This document shows, one piece after another, positions 1 to 11,550 of a stretch of 64,000 nt of DNA. The DNA comes from Podarcis vaucheri. Taxonomy: Eukaryota. The stretch lies in NCBI GenBank assembly GCA_965113315.1, contig OZ220372.1. One strand, given 5' to 3'. The position numbers were made by a program, and so were the translations under genes. Below the pieces are notes generated by a model. It did not search any database and was not told the origin of the DNA. It saw only the letters and a program-made list of their open reading frames with translations. How positions within the stretch are numbered: the stretch's first letter is position 1; every line of letters begins with the position of its first letter.

Positions 1-809
1 ATGGGCTATTGAAATTTGAACTGGAAGAAACGTTTCTAGATTGTAATCAAGAGAGGTCTGATCATCACCCCAATGGAGATGAGGATGAATGGGGAAAAGG
101 AATTTGAAAGAACCTATTAGTGACTATCCAGATAAAGTGTTTTCAAATGGAGAAGCATATTTAGCGCTGATCTTCTCAGGGTTCTTGGAATGGTTAACAG
201 AAACTCAATAACTGATCAGCCAGTTATACACTCATGCAGTAGCAAAATGAGAAAGATCAAGGAAGACTGATAGAAAGTCAGTAAACCTATGGGTTAGTTC
301 CATGAAAATGTCAACATATAGGCCCACTTTTCATTTTCATACATGTTTAGCATGTTCTGCATCTTTCGAAATATAATTATCTGAAGTCTCATGATCTGGC
401 AACAGTTTTACAAATGGCATTACGTATGAGCAGAACTATGCAAGATGACTCAGAATTTCTATTCCCCCACCCACCAAAAAGGTTATTTAAAGGTGTTTTC
501 AAGAAATATGCAATAGGTGAATGGCCCTTTATCGTATTAATAGTTTTGCTTCCTTATTCAGCAGAAAATAAATTGATGTTAGGAACAAAACTTACGTTGC
601 TTGAGTATGTTATACTGGCCACAAAAACAAAGCCCTCCCTCATACATGAATGGAAGGTTGAACCAAGCACCACAAATACACTGTGAGTTTAGATTTGTTG
701 TGCTGTCACTACTTTCAATCTGATACTTAGCACATCAGAGACAACCTGGTTGCAAACCTTGCACTCCATACTTGAAGTGTCTCTGCCCTTCCTACTGAAA
801 GCTGAAATC

Positions 810-888
810 CAGTCCTCTTCCATTATTTCTTCTCCCAAATCTCGGATTCTGCCAGTCATTTCAGCCAGTTCCATATAGTCCATCAGGT
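810..888 (-). mobile_element. L1-clade LINE ORF2 C-terminal fragment
   Basis: Translates to LMDYMELAEMTGRIRDLGEEIMEEDW, resembling the C-terminus of squamate L1 ORF2 (recalled). Confidence 0.6.
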
Positions 889-899
889 CCTCTCTGCAG

Positions 900-1140
900 G
901 CTTCCCACAGGGATCTGGTTGGTCACCAAGAGAACAGGATGCTGGACTAGGCAGGCCATTGATCTGATACTGTAGAGCAGTGTTCCCCAACCTTGGGCCT
1001 CCAGCTGTTTTTGGACTACAATTCCCATCATCCTGGACCACTGTTCTTGCTAGCGAGGGATGATGGGAGTTGTAGTCCAAAAACAGCTGGAGGCCCAAGG
1101 TTGGGGAACACTGCTGTAGAGCACTTCTTATTTCAGTTCT
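900..1140 (+). mobile_element. Degenerate 3' end of a CR1-tailed SINE/LINE (Squam3-like), interrupted by a hAT MITE
   Basis: GGATCTGGTTGGTCAC..GAGAACAGGATGCTGGACTAG..CTGAT, resuming as CACTTCTTAT after the MITE. Confidence 0.6.
978..1113. mobile_element. Palindromic hAT-type MITE
   Basis: Long inverted repeat CAGTGTTCCCCAACCTTGGGCCTCCAGCTG... and perfect 8-bp TSD CTGTAGAG (970-977, 1114-1121). Confidence 0.93.
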
Positions 1141-2105
1141 CTTGAGTTTTGTGTATTTATTTACTTATTTTGAAAGGTGCTTGGAGACTCAGGACAATAT
1201 GATGAGTTTGCCACCAAAGTGCCGATCTAGTTGCATCCTCCTCTGTGAGCAAAAGGCTGCTTAAAATGCCGTAACGCGGGTTTTGCGCAAGAGTGTCTTT
1301 TCACATAAAGGAGCGCAATCAAGTAAATTAATATATAGCATGCTACAAGAACAAAAGCCGACCTGTCATTTGATTCTTGCTTACGGTTCTGTGATATACT
1401 GCAGGAATTGTATGGCTGGGAAGAAAACAATTCTTTATGCATGGAGGTAAGCATTCCATCTTGAGCTCGAGGGAGTGTTGCAACGAAGCATAATTAATTA
1501 TGCTAATACAAGCCGAAACTTACCAACCTCGTCCCTAGTCAATTTATTTCATGCTTTGTACTGACTATGAAACATTACATTTATGTTGCAATGGACAATC
1601 AATATTATATTTTCTAAATTAGTTGTGAATGTTCTTTTTTCTTCTCCCTCTTAGGCTGATTGGGTTATATTTACTTAAATCATCCCCCCTCCTCATTTCC
1701 ACAGTTCCAGTTTCTGTCTAGGAAAGAGGGGGAAGAAGACTTTCCTTTCGAAGTACCGGAAAAGAGTTCACTCAGGGAAGGTCTCTTATTGACCAGTCTG
1801 TGGAAAGGTTTCTCATATTCAGGGATGAACTAGCTTCGAGATGGAGAGCTTGTGATATATGAAAGCCTTTTGGGGTGTTGGATTTGCAAAGCAGACCAAG
1901 GAACTTTGCAGGGTATATCAGTGCCCCATTCTCACCTTCCAATGAACACATGAAATCCTACTGTGGCAATGCCAAATATAGAAATCTAACAAGGATAGGA
2001 TTTTTCCTTGCCCATTCCCAGGGGTACCTGTCCTACATGCTTTAGTTTTTTTATTTTTAAAAGAATAAAATAAAAAAAATGAAAATATTTCAGTTAAACA
2101 AAATA

Positions 2106-2357
2106 TAGTCGTACCTTGGATCTCGAATGCCTTGTGACTTGAACATTTTGGCTCCTGAATGCCACAAACCCAGAAATGAATGTTCCGGTTGGTGAACATT
2201 CTTTGGAACCCGAACATCTGACACAGCTTCCGTGGCTTCCAACTGAGTGCAGGAAGCTCCTTCCAGCCAATCAGAAGCTGCGCCTTGGTTGTTGAATGTT
2301 TTTGGAAGTAGAACGGACTTCTGGAACGGATTCTGTTTGGCAACCAAGGTAAGCCTG
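2106..2357. mobile_element. Tc1/mariner (pogo/Tigger-like) MITE, family B
   Basis: Degenerate TIRs (AGTCGTACCTTGG...CCAAGGTAAGCCTG) with TA flanks. Inverted homologue at 9688-9931. Confidence 0.8.
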
Positions 2358-2959
2358 TAAAGTGAAAAAAATGGAAAAGGAAACCAAAAGCTGCATTAAA
2401 AAACCTATAATTATATACATATTTGTCTGAGACAAAGATATATAAGTGAAATTATTATTCTAATACACATACATTTATTTATAACCTAAATTTTAAAAAT
2501 GTTTTCCAGTTATCATAATATTTGTCCATACACAGTTTATGCCGATAAGTTCATATGATGCAAGAGTTGTCATGCCTTTTATCCATTGATTAAAGGGGGG
2601 CATAGATCTATCTTCTCAGTGGATCAATATCAGTCTTTTAGCCACAGTGAGCGCGCAGAGAATCCTTTTACATTGACCAGTTGTCAAATTCCATGTTGTG
2701 GGTAGGTAACTTAAAATAATATTATCCTCTGACAATGCTAGCTTCCCCCCAAAGTAATATTTAGACAATCTAGTACTTTCTAGTACTGTCATTGATGAGA
2801 TGACTGCGTTGTAGAGGGTTGGATTACATGGCCATCGAGGTCTGTCCCAACTCTATGGTTGTATTATTCTTTTTTGTAAACCGCTTTGAGGCTTTTTACA
2901 ATCAAGCAGTGTATACACTTTAAGGAATAAAATGTGAGATACATAAATAATAAAACACT

Positions 2960-3430
2960 GAAGGATGTGCAGAAAAATGCATCTATTAGTGAACCATATT
3001 GGAGGGAAATGCCTGTGAAAATGTGTATGTTAGTCAAATCTGCACACAAACTGCATTCATTGGGAGAAATTTGAACTAAAGTACAGTGGTACCTCGGGTT
3101 ACATATGCTTCAGGTTACAGACTCCGCTAACCCAGAAATAGCATTTCAGGTTAAGAACTTTGCTTCAGGATAAGAACAGAAATCATGCTCCAGAGGTGCA
3201 GCAGCTAAAGTGGTACCTCAGGTTAAGAACAGTTTCAGGTTAAGAACTGACCTCCGGAACAAATTAAGTACTTAACCCGAGGCACCACTGTACCAATGAA
3301 TGCTGGTGAATATTTTTTAAATAAATAAATAAATAAATTTGCCAATTGCTGTAGAAATGTGGAGAACTGGATTTAAGATTGGAAAGATGAGAAAGGGAGA
3401 AGCTGAAATTGACAGACTTGTCTATTCCTA
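2960..3430. mobile_element. Old AT-rich non-autonomous DNA element (homologue of 24440-25124), interrupted by a MITE
   Basis: Reverse complement aligns with 24440-25124 (TCTGTCAATTTCAG, AATTTCTCC, TTTGACTAA, TTCACTAATA). Confidence 0.6.
3084..3290. mobile_element. Tigger/pogo-like MITE, family A
   Basis: TIR CAGTGGTACCTCGGGTTA...TAACCCGAGGCACCACTG and TA TSD. Six copies in the window. Confidence 0.92.
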
Positions 3431-4730
3431 GATGCAGTCAGCATCCAGAGATGAAGGGAACTGGGTCTCCCAACAACATCTGGGGTTAACCCCTGTCATG
3501 CACAGGGAACGACCCAAACAAGTGCTGCTTAAGCAAAACTGTGTATGTTTTATTAACTTTTGTCCAGGCCTTGTTTTATCCCCTTCCTGTTGTCTGAATG
3601 TGAAAAAGCAGTTAAAGCAATGCAAACAATTAAATCCAAAAAAGACCAAGGTGAAGGGAATAATTTGTAACAGAGTGTCTGCTGTTATATGGTTGATAAG
3701 CCTTCGGTGTGCGTACCTGCAAGAAATCACCAGGAGCAGGCAGTGTGTACAAACAGGCTTCTCTTGCTAGATGAATAGGACAGGAAACATCTGGCCGAAT
3801 GGGAACTCTTGCAGTGATTAATTTAGCCGCGAGACAGCATCTTCACTTCTATGCGGAAGGGGGAAAACGCTTTCATAGTCAAACTGCAGTCCAATATTTG
3901 TCTCTGCCGAAGGAAGTGGAAAGTTTAACGTAGGCGAAAAACACTCCTCTTTCGTTTCATTTCTTCTCTTATGTACAGATGAGGGTTCTCTAAGTCAGGC
4001 ACACATTGAAAACATTGTACTCAAACTTACATGGCAGAAGTAGCCTGACCAGGTGTAAGAATGCTCCACACTTCACACAGTCACCCTCCAGCTCATAGAG
4101 GGTGACTGTGTGTTGTTTTCACCCTATTCCCAGAACACCTAAAGAGGACAACATGCACACCCCTCAATGTGCTGTCCATATCCCCAAGCTATACAACTTC
4201 TGAAGCCATCAGAACTGTGTTCACAACTTTCCATTCTTGAACCTAGTTATTGCCAGCTGCTCAACTAGGTGAGTAAAACTGACCTTTCTTTTCCAACATT
4301 TCTAAATCTTGGAAGCAGCGCAGATGTTGCTGCAGCCAGAAAACCACACCAATCCTGCAAAAGTAATATGATGTCAAAAGTGAAGGCTCATGTTGAATGC
4401 CTCTTTCCCTTCTATGAAAAGTAAACCACAAGTATGAAGACAATGGGCTGTGGATGTTGCATTTTGGAATGGGGGTCAAGGAACATGAGAGGAGGGCTGT
4501 GGGGGGTGAGCTATTAGCTCTGCCCCCATCCTTGCCATCTTCCCTGAGTTGAAGGGTGACTGTATGAAGTATGGAGGCTGTGAGAATCCCAGATGTATTC
4601 TCAATAGATTGTTTACTTTGCATATAAAAGAGGCTGCATTATTGTTTCTGATTGCCAAAGGTTTACTTTAGGCTTTCTATAGAAATGGGTGGTGGTGTCA
4701 AATGCCCAGAGCTCAAACTATGTGACATTT

Positions 4731-5043
4731 GACGCGGGTGGCGCTGTGGGTAAAACCTCAGCGCCTAGGACTTGCCGATCGCATGGTAGGCGGTTTGAAT
4801 CCCCACGGCGGGGTGCGCTCCCGTTGCTCGGTCCCAGCGCCTGCCAACCTAGCAGTTCGAAAGCACCCCCAGGTGCAAGTAGATAAATAGGGACCGCTTA
4901 CTAGCGGGAAGGTAAACGGCGTTTCCGTGTGCTGCTCTGGACAGCGCTGGCTCCCGGCCTCTAGAGTGAGATGAGCGCACAACCCTAGAGTCTGTCAAGA
5001 CTGGCTCGTACGGGCAGGGGTACCTTTACCTTTACCTTTTACC
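4731..5043 (+). mobile_element. Sauria SINE (full length)
   Basis: tRNA-like head GACGCGGGTGGCGCTGTGG, core GCCAACCTAGCAGTTCGAAAGCA..GCAAGTAGATAAATAGG, (ACCTTT)n tail. Confidence 0.92.
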
Positions 5044-5272
5044 TAGCAGTTCAAAAGCATAGTGCAAGTAGATAAATAGGTGCCACTCCGGCGGGAAGGT
5101 AAACAGTGTTTCCGTGTGCTGCTCTGGTTCACCAGAAGCGGCTTAGTCATGCTGGCCACATGACCCGGAAGCTGTACGCCGGCTCCCTCGGCCAGTAAAG
5201 CGAGATGAGTGCCGCAACCCCAGAGTCGGTCACGACTGGACCTAATGGTCAGGGGTCCCTTTACCTTTTTAC
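5041..5272 (+). mobile_element. Sauria SINE, 5'-truncated, different subfamily, in tandem
   Basis: Starts at ACCTAGCAGTT and ends GGGGTCCCTTTACCTTT. Confidence 0.9.
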
Positions 5273-5837
5273 TTAAATCATGTCAGATTTTATTAGATAT
5301 GATTTAGCTGATCAGCAGCAGCACTACACAATTTCACGTTGATTTTGCTTAACTATACATTGCCTTCCTTGTAAATCTGCCATGTTAAGCAGAAACTGCT
5401 TATTCAAAGAAATAATAATAAAAAATTGGGTTTAAAATAAAATCCAATCAGTTCTTTCCTTTCAGAGACCAACAACATTGACTATTGGAGTCAATCAGGA
5501 AAACATGGATTTCACTGGTGTCTGGCGACTTGAGCCAATATATCCTGCAAAACAATTAGAACCATCTGTGGTTAGCTAAGCATTTGATGAAGATTATAGC
5601 CAACAAATTATAGTTTTAGCATGCAGGGTGAAGAAAATGTGTTTACCTCCTGATGCGGAAAATAGTTTATGCTCAAATATTCTTACCTGTGCCAAATACA
5701 AATGAACAACGTTGGCAAGATGGTGGGAACATAGTCCTCTTGCAGGAAGAAATTTGTCAGTAACTTTTATGGCCATCCTTCCATAAAGTCTGAAGTGTGC
5801 CTTACTGGGTTTCTAATGTGTCATTATTGATGTAGAG

Positions 5838-6200
5838 CAGGGCTGGAGAATCCTTTTTTGACCCAAGGGCTGCATTATGGCAAACCTTAGGTCAATGGAG
5901 GACAAGGCAAGATGCAAAAGATGTGGGTGGGTGGTGTGACAAGAGTCAATGAGTGGGTGAAGCAAGAGATGTGACCCATTTTTGTCCAGTAGGCAACACT
6001 CCAACCACCCAAAAGTAAGAGGTTTCTAAGCCCCTCCTCTCAATATTTCCATCCAGGAAAACAAAGGCAGCATGACAAATTCCAGTGATACAAAAGAATT
6101 TGAGGTCATGGAGCAGGGCTGGTGAAGAGATGTTACATTATGTATTATAGAAGCCCAAGGAGCCACATCTGACCTCTTCGTCTGAAGCTCCCTGTTCCTG
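5838..6200. mobile_element. Degenerate hAT (Charlie-like) non-autonomous element
   Basis: Starts CAGGGCTGGAGAATCCTTTTT..CCAAGGGCTGCATT; weak complementary end near 6200. Confidence 0.4.
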
Positions 6201-6339
6201 ACATATGGAGATCCTTTTGCATTGCTGGAGAGGCCAAGTAGTCACTTTAAACATTTTAGCAACTGCACTGCATGGCTGGCTCAGGTTCACCTAGTGTTGC
6301 AAGTCAGACTTCACTCATCCTGTATTTTTGTCTTTGACT

Positions 6340-6720
6340 TGTGATGCCTAAATGCAGGACTATTTATCTCAGTCAATTTCATCTGCTTGGTTTCAATCCA
6401 GAGGTCTAATCTGTTGAGATAATTGTGAATCTCGATCTTGTCTTTTATGGTGCTAGCTACGTACACCTCTCAACTTCACATCATCTGCACATTTGAGAAG
6501 CAGCCCCTCTCCGCTTTGTTGCCCAAGTCATTTATAAAGTACAGAGCCTAACACGGAGCCCTGTGGTACTCCACCCAAGGCCTCCAGGTTGATACAGAAC
6601 TTTGGGGCATGGTTGCTCCAAGCTGATCCACCATAACAGTGGCACCATCCAGCCCACATTTTACCAGGTTGACATCAAGGATATCATGGGAGATCATGGT
6701 CAGGAATTTATGAAAGGTAA
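6340..6720 (-). mobile_element. Old CR1 LINE RT-region fragment
   Basis: Minus strand gives remnants LVKCGLDG and GVPQGSVLG with indels. Confidence 0.75.
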
Positions 6721-7696
6721 TAAGCATACCAAAGTCTTTTGGAGTCAAAGAAAATTGTACGAATAAACTGACATGGGAGGACAAGATGAAGAAGGAGGAG
6801 ATTAATCTGAAAATAATTTGCCACGTTTGCAAAGCATAGCTTAATAACTGAAGGTGTTGTGCTTTTCAGTAGCTTACAATGGAACAGCTGGAAAAAAATA
6901 TCACTAGATATTAGAGAGAGCCACTTCCCAGGAAAGGGTCATTGATGGGGAAACTTCTACATGGCTTCATTTTCACATACTACTCTTAGTATGTGTGAAT
7001 GGGGTTTAATTCTACAACTTTGCCAAATAACAGTGATCTGGACTGATTTTGTCAAAACCATCTTCCTCTGTTTCTAAAATCTGGTCCACCTACTTGTCAG
7101 AGCCTTAAACTCTGCATCTCCAAAAGATTTGGGTCAAATCTTTTCACTTACTCCCCATTTCACAACTGAATGATATTTGAGAGAAACATGATCCTAGGCA
7201 AGGTCATTTTGTTAGAATCGTATTTGTTATCAGGGAATAATGATCATACTGCCATGTCAAAGTGACAGGAGTGAGAGTGAAGGCCTCATTCTATCTAGTA
7301 AAAAGTAACGAATCAGCAAAACGCTCTGGACTGAGTGGGAACGGGTGATTTGGGTGATACAAGCTTGAAAATAGATAAAGTGAGGCTTGTCCAAGATGAA
7401 TACTTCTCTGACAATGCAAAAGGAACTACGCACATCAGGAGTGGGGAACATCAGACCCAGAGGTCAGATGTAGCTTGCCAGGCATCTCTAATACGGTTTT
7501 GTGAGTCTCCCTGGGCCACACATCTTCACCAGTCCTGCTTCATGTTCTTAAATACTTTTGCATCACTGGAATGTGCCTTGAACTGTCATGCGGCCTCTGT
7601 TTTCCTGGATGGGAAGACTGGGAAGAGTGGCTTAGAAACCTCTTAGTTTTGAGTGGTTGGAATGTAGCGTCTTGGACAAAGATGAGTCAAATTCCT

Positions 7697-8659
7697 TGCT
7701 CCACCTGTGGAATGCCCTCCCATCAGATGTCAAAGAAATAAACAACTACAGTGGTGCCTCGCAAGACGAAATTAATTCGTTCCGCAAGTCTCTTCGTCTT
7801 GCGAGTTTTTCGTCTTGCGATGCACGGTTTCCCATAGGAATGCATTGAAAATCAATTAATGCGTTCCTAGGGAAACCGCCTTCAGACCAGGTCCAGGGAC
7901 AGTCTGTCCCCGGACCTCTTCTGAAGGCTGGGGGGGGGGACAAGGGCTTTTCTTCCCACCCCCAGCATTTTAAAAAACCCCGGGACAGCGGAAGACTTCT
8001 CCGCTGTCCGGGCGATCTTAAAATGCTGGCGGGCGGCATTTTAAAATCGCCCCGGGACAGCGGAGGACTTCTCCGCTGTCCGGGACGATTTAAAAGCCCC
8101 TGGGAAGGCAGGCAGGGGGGACAAAGACTTTCGCCCCCCGCCCGCCTTCAGAAGGTGTTCCCGCCCGGCTTCGCAGCAGCGCTCCGGAGCCCGCGGCGGG
8201 GGCAGGTGTTCCCGCCCCCCGCCCGGCTTCGGAGCACTGGGAGAAGCGATCTCCCCGCAGCCCCTTGCTTCAAAAGAGGTCCGGGGGCAGCGGGAAGCGG
8301 TTCCCGCTGTCCCCGGACCTGGGGCTGCAGGGAGAAGATCGCTTCTCCCCGCCGCCCCTTGCTTCAAAAGAGAAGACCTGCTGTCCCCGGGGCAAGCTTC
8401 GTTTTGCGAAGCAAGCCCATAGGGAAATTCGTCTTGCGAGGCAACTCGAAAACGAAAAAACCTTTCGTTTTGCGAGTTTTTCGTCTCGCGAGGCGTTCGT
8501 CTTGCGGGGTACCACTGTATTGGACTTTTAGAAGACATCTGAAGGCAGCCCTGTTTAGGGAAGCTTTTAATATTGGATGAATAATTGTATTTTAATATTC
8601 TGCTGGAAGCTGCCCAGAGTGGTTGGGGAAACCAAGCCAGATGGGTGGGGTATAAATAA

Positions 8660-8703
<44 letters not shown>
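7697..8703 (+). mobile_element. L2 LINE 3' end with (TTA)n tail, split by a DNA element
   Basis: LWNALPSDVKEINN then FRRHLKAALFREAF. 3' end GGGGTATAAATAAA(TTA)n, homologous to 11280-11480. Confidence 0.85.
7749..8517. mobile_element. GC-rich Tigger/pogo-like non-autonomous DNA element (769 bp)
   Basis: TIRs CAGTGGTGCCTCGCAAGACGAA / TTCGTCTTGCGGGGTACCACTG, TA TSD (7747-7748, 8518-8519), internal direct and inverted repeats. Confidence 0.9.
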
Positions 8704-8706
<3 letters not shown>

Positions 8707-9073
8707 TCTGCTTGTTGCCTCTTGCCCTTTCTACCACTACATGGGACCGCTGGAAGGTTTCCCATAAAAAAGAGCCCTCAGACTGAAAAAAGATTCTTCT
8801 CCCCTGGCCTACATCAATAAATATGCTGCAGAAACCTAGGAAGGTAGAAAGCACACCTGAGATTTTATGGAAGGATATCCAGTGATACTAATCAATGTTT
8901 TTAAAAAGTTGCTGATAAATTTCATGAGGACTATGTTCCCACCACCTTGCATTTGTTGATGGTGAGGGCTCTGCATTTAGGTAATCTCATTGATGTTATA
9001 TTTAATAACTATTGTTTGCTGCTTTTAAAAATGGTTTTAAATTAATGTTAATGTTTATTGATTTATAATTTAT

Positions 9074-9078
<5 letters not shown>

Positions 9079-9139
<61 letters not shown>
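9079..9139. repeat. (TC)n(AC)n microsatellite
   Basis: Direct reading. Confidence 0.95.
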
Positions 9140-9145
9140 TATACA

Positions 9146-9583
9146 CAGGTGTCCCTCCACTTATGCACAATGGACTCACGCATGACATGATAAATATGCA
9201 AGATGCCAGGATATAAGTACATAAATAATTCAATTCAATGGTGGGAGAGAGCTGGAGAGTCCTTGTGGTTCATGAGGAGACCCTGAAGCGCAGAAGAGAG
9301 CAGAGGCAGAGCGGGGCTTTGTTTGGGCTGCTCTGCCTCCCCACCTAACAGTTGGCATGTGGGGTAGTGCAGCCATTTTCCCATTCATCTCCAGCCTCCT
9401 GCCGGTCCCAGAGCTTCAAGTCTAGTTGTGGAAATTTTTGGATACAGTATTTTTGGTGTGGATTGGAGAGAGCAACAGAGAGGGCATTTAAAAGATATTT
9501 TGACAGTGCCCCCCCACACTTTACATGACTTCACTTATGTGTGTGGCCCCCCTAGAATGTAACTCCTGCATGAGTTGGGAGTA

Positions 9584-9589
<6 letters not shown>
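9146..9589. mobile_element. Older Tigger-like non-autonomous element
   Basis: Imperfect TIRs CAGGTGTCCCTCCACTTATGCA / TGCATGAGTTGGGAGTACACCTG. Confidence 0.65.

Positions 9590-9627
<38 letters not shown>
9588..9627. repeat. (TG)n microsatellite
   Basis: Direct reading. Confidence 0.95.
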
Positions 9628-9628
<1 letters not shown>

Positions 9629-9687
9629 CATCCTTCCTCTTGGGATCTTACTCAGTGCAGCAAAATGTAATTTATAAAATAGTTGTA

Positions 9688-9931
9688 CAGCCATACCTTG
9701 GAAGCCGAACGGAAGCCGTTCTGAAAGTCCATTCAATTTCCAAAACTTCTGACTTCCGAGGTATGGCTTCTGATTGGCTGCAGGAGCTTCCAATCGGAAG
9801 CCACGGAAGCCCCACTGGACGTTTGGCTTCCAAAAGAACATTTGCAAACCGGAACACTCACTTCTGGGTTTGCGGCATTTGGGAGCCAAAACGTTTGACT
9901 GCTAAGGCGTTCATCAACCAAGGTACAGCTG
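9688..9931. mobile_element. Tc1/mariner (pogo/Tigger-like) MITE, family B
   Basis: CAGCCATACCTTGG...CCAAGGTACAGCTG; reverse-complement homologue of 2106-2357. Confidence 0.8.
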
Positions 9932-10187
9932 TGTTTATAAAATCAGGGGGGAAACACAAGAAAAGCAAAATTACAGCAATTACTAACCACCAGCAACCAT
10001 TCTCAATAGCCTGGATAAAGATCCATGTTTTGAGCTGGTGACTGAATGCCATTACATTGGACACCAGCCAAATTTCACGGAGCAAGGATTTCAAAAACCT
10101 CCCCAGTTTCCAGCACCCAGGGTCAGGAGCAGCCTCTTCACTTGCCTTGGCATTGTGCATGAGCAAAAGTTTATAATACACTTCATA

Positions 10188-10535
10188 AAGGGACCCCTGA
10201 CCATTAGGTCCAGTCGTGACCGACTCTGGGGTTGCGGCACTCATCTCGCTTTACTGGCCGAGGGAGCCGGCGTACAGCTTCTGGGTCATGTGGCCAGCAT
10301 GACTAAGCCGCTTCTGGCGAACCAGAGCAGCGCACGGAAATGCCGTTTACCTTCCTGCCAGAGTGGTACCTATTTCTCTACTTGCACTTTGACGTGCTTT
10401 TGAACTGCTAGGTTGGCAGGAGCAGGGACCAAGCAACGGGAGCTCACCCTGTCGCAGGGATTCAAACTGCCGACCTTCTGATTGGCAAGTCCTAGGCTTT
10501 GTGGTTTAACCCACAGCGCCACCCGCATCCCTATG
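10188..10535 (-). mobile_element. Sauria SINE (full length)
   Basis: Reverse complement of the Sauria consensus. 9-bp TSD CACTTCATA (10179-10187, 10536-10544). Confidence 0.93.
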
Positions 10536-10892
10536 CACTTCATACTTGACTTCAATTTACATGTAAATACCGTACGTCACAGCACAACCAATCTGATGCC
10601 TATCATTACAAAAGAATATATCTAGGAGGCATGCATGATGACACTTGTGTAGCCGCATTCCACTGAGATTCACATCAGCATGAAGGGCAGTGCTCAGCTC
10701 TGGGCACTGCAATTTCCCGTATGCTGACATACTGGAAGTTCCCTGTGCATTCAAAGAAACTGAGCCAGAGAAAGGCTTTCCTTTTTTAAAACTGCAGTTT
10801 AGTGCTCTCTGCTTGGTCTAGGCTTTCCCCTTAGCTGCCCCACGGCTGTTACAAATACTAAGGATTGAACACTGTGGCAGACTGTCTTGCCA

Positions 10893-11480
10893 GAGTGGTG
10901 CATGCTCTAGTTATCTCCCGCTTGGACTACTGCAATGCACTCTACATGGGGCTACCTTTGAAGGTGACTCAGAAACTGCAATTAATCCAGAATGTGCCAG
11001 CTAGACTGGTGGCTGGGAACAGCCCCTGAGACCATATAACACAGGTCCTGAAAGATCTTCATTGGCTCCCAGTATGTTTCCGAGCACAATTCAAAATGTT
11101 GGTACTGACCTTTAAAGCCCTAAAAGGCCTCAGCCCAGTAAACCTGAATGAGTGTCTCCACCTTCATCATTCTGCCCGGACACTGAGGTCCAGCGCCGAG
11201 GGCCTTCTGATGGTTCCCTTGCTGCAAGAAGTAAGGTTACAGGGAACCAGGCAGAGGGCCTTCTCGGTAGTGGCACCTGCCCTGTGGAATGACCTCCCAG
11301 CAGATGTCAAGGCAATAAACAGCTATTTTACTTTTAAAAGACAACTGAAGGTGGCCCTGTTTAGGGAAGTTTTTAATGTCTGATGCTGTATTGTTTTTAA
11401 TATTCGGTTGGAAGCCGCCCAGAGTGGCTGGGGAAACCCAGTCAGATGGGTAAGGTATAAATAAATTATTATTGTTGTTG
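10893..11480 (+). mobile_element. L2 LINE 3' fragment
   Basis: SRLDYCNALYMGLP...HWLPV...LVLTFKAL...RAFSVVAPALWNDLP; ends TATAAATAAATTATT. Confidence 0.92.
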
Positions 11481-11481
11481 C

Positions 11482-11550
11482 AGAATCTTAGAACTATAGA
11501 GAAGGAAGGGATCCAAAGGGATCTAGTTCAACCCACTGCAATGCAAGGGC
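11482..11550 (-). mobile_element. CR1-like 3' tail fragment (probably the tRNA-Lys SINE tail)
   Basis: AGAATCTTAGAACTATAGAG..GGAAGGGA..ATCTAGTTCAACCC..CTGCAATGCA; homologous to 35393-35460. Confidence 0.6.

Noticed and set aside
8023-8580. 185-aa and 165-aa ORFs as a transposase
   Set aside because: No DDE/DDD or HTH motifs; by-products of the GC-rich element interior.
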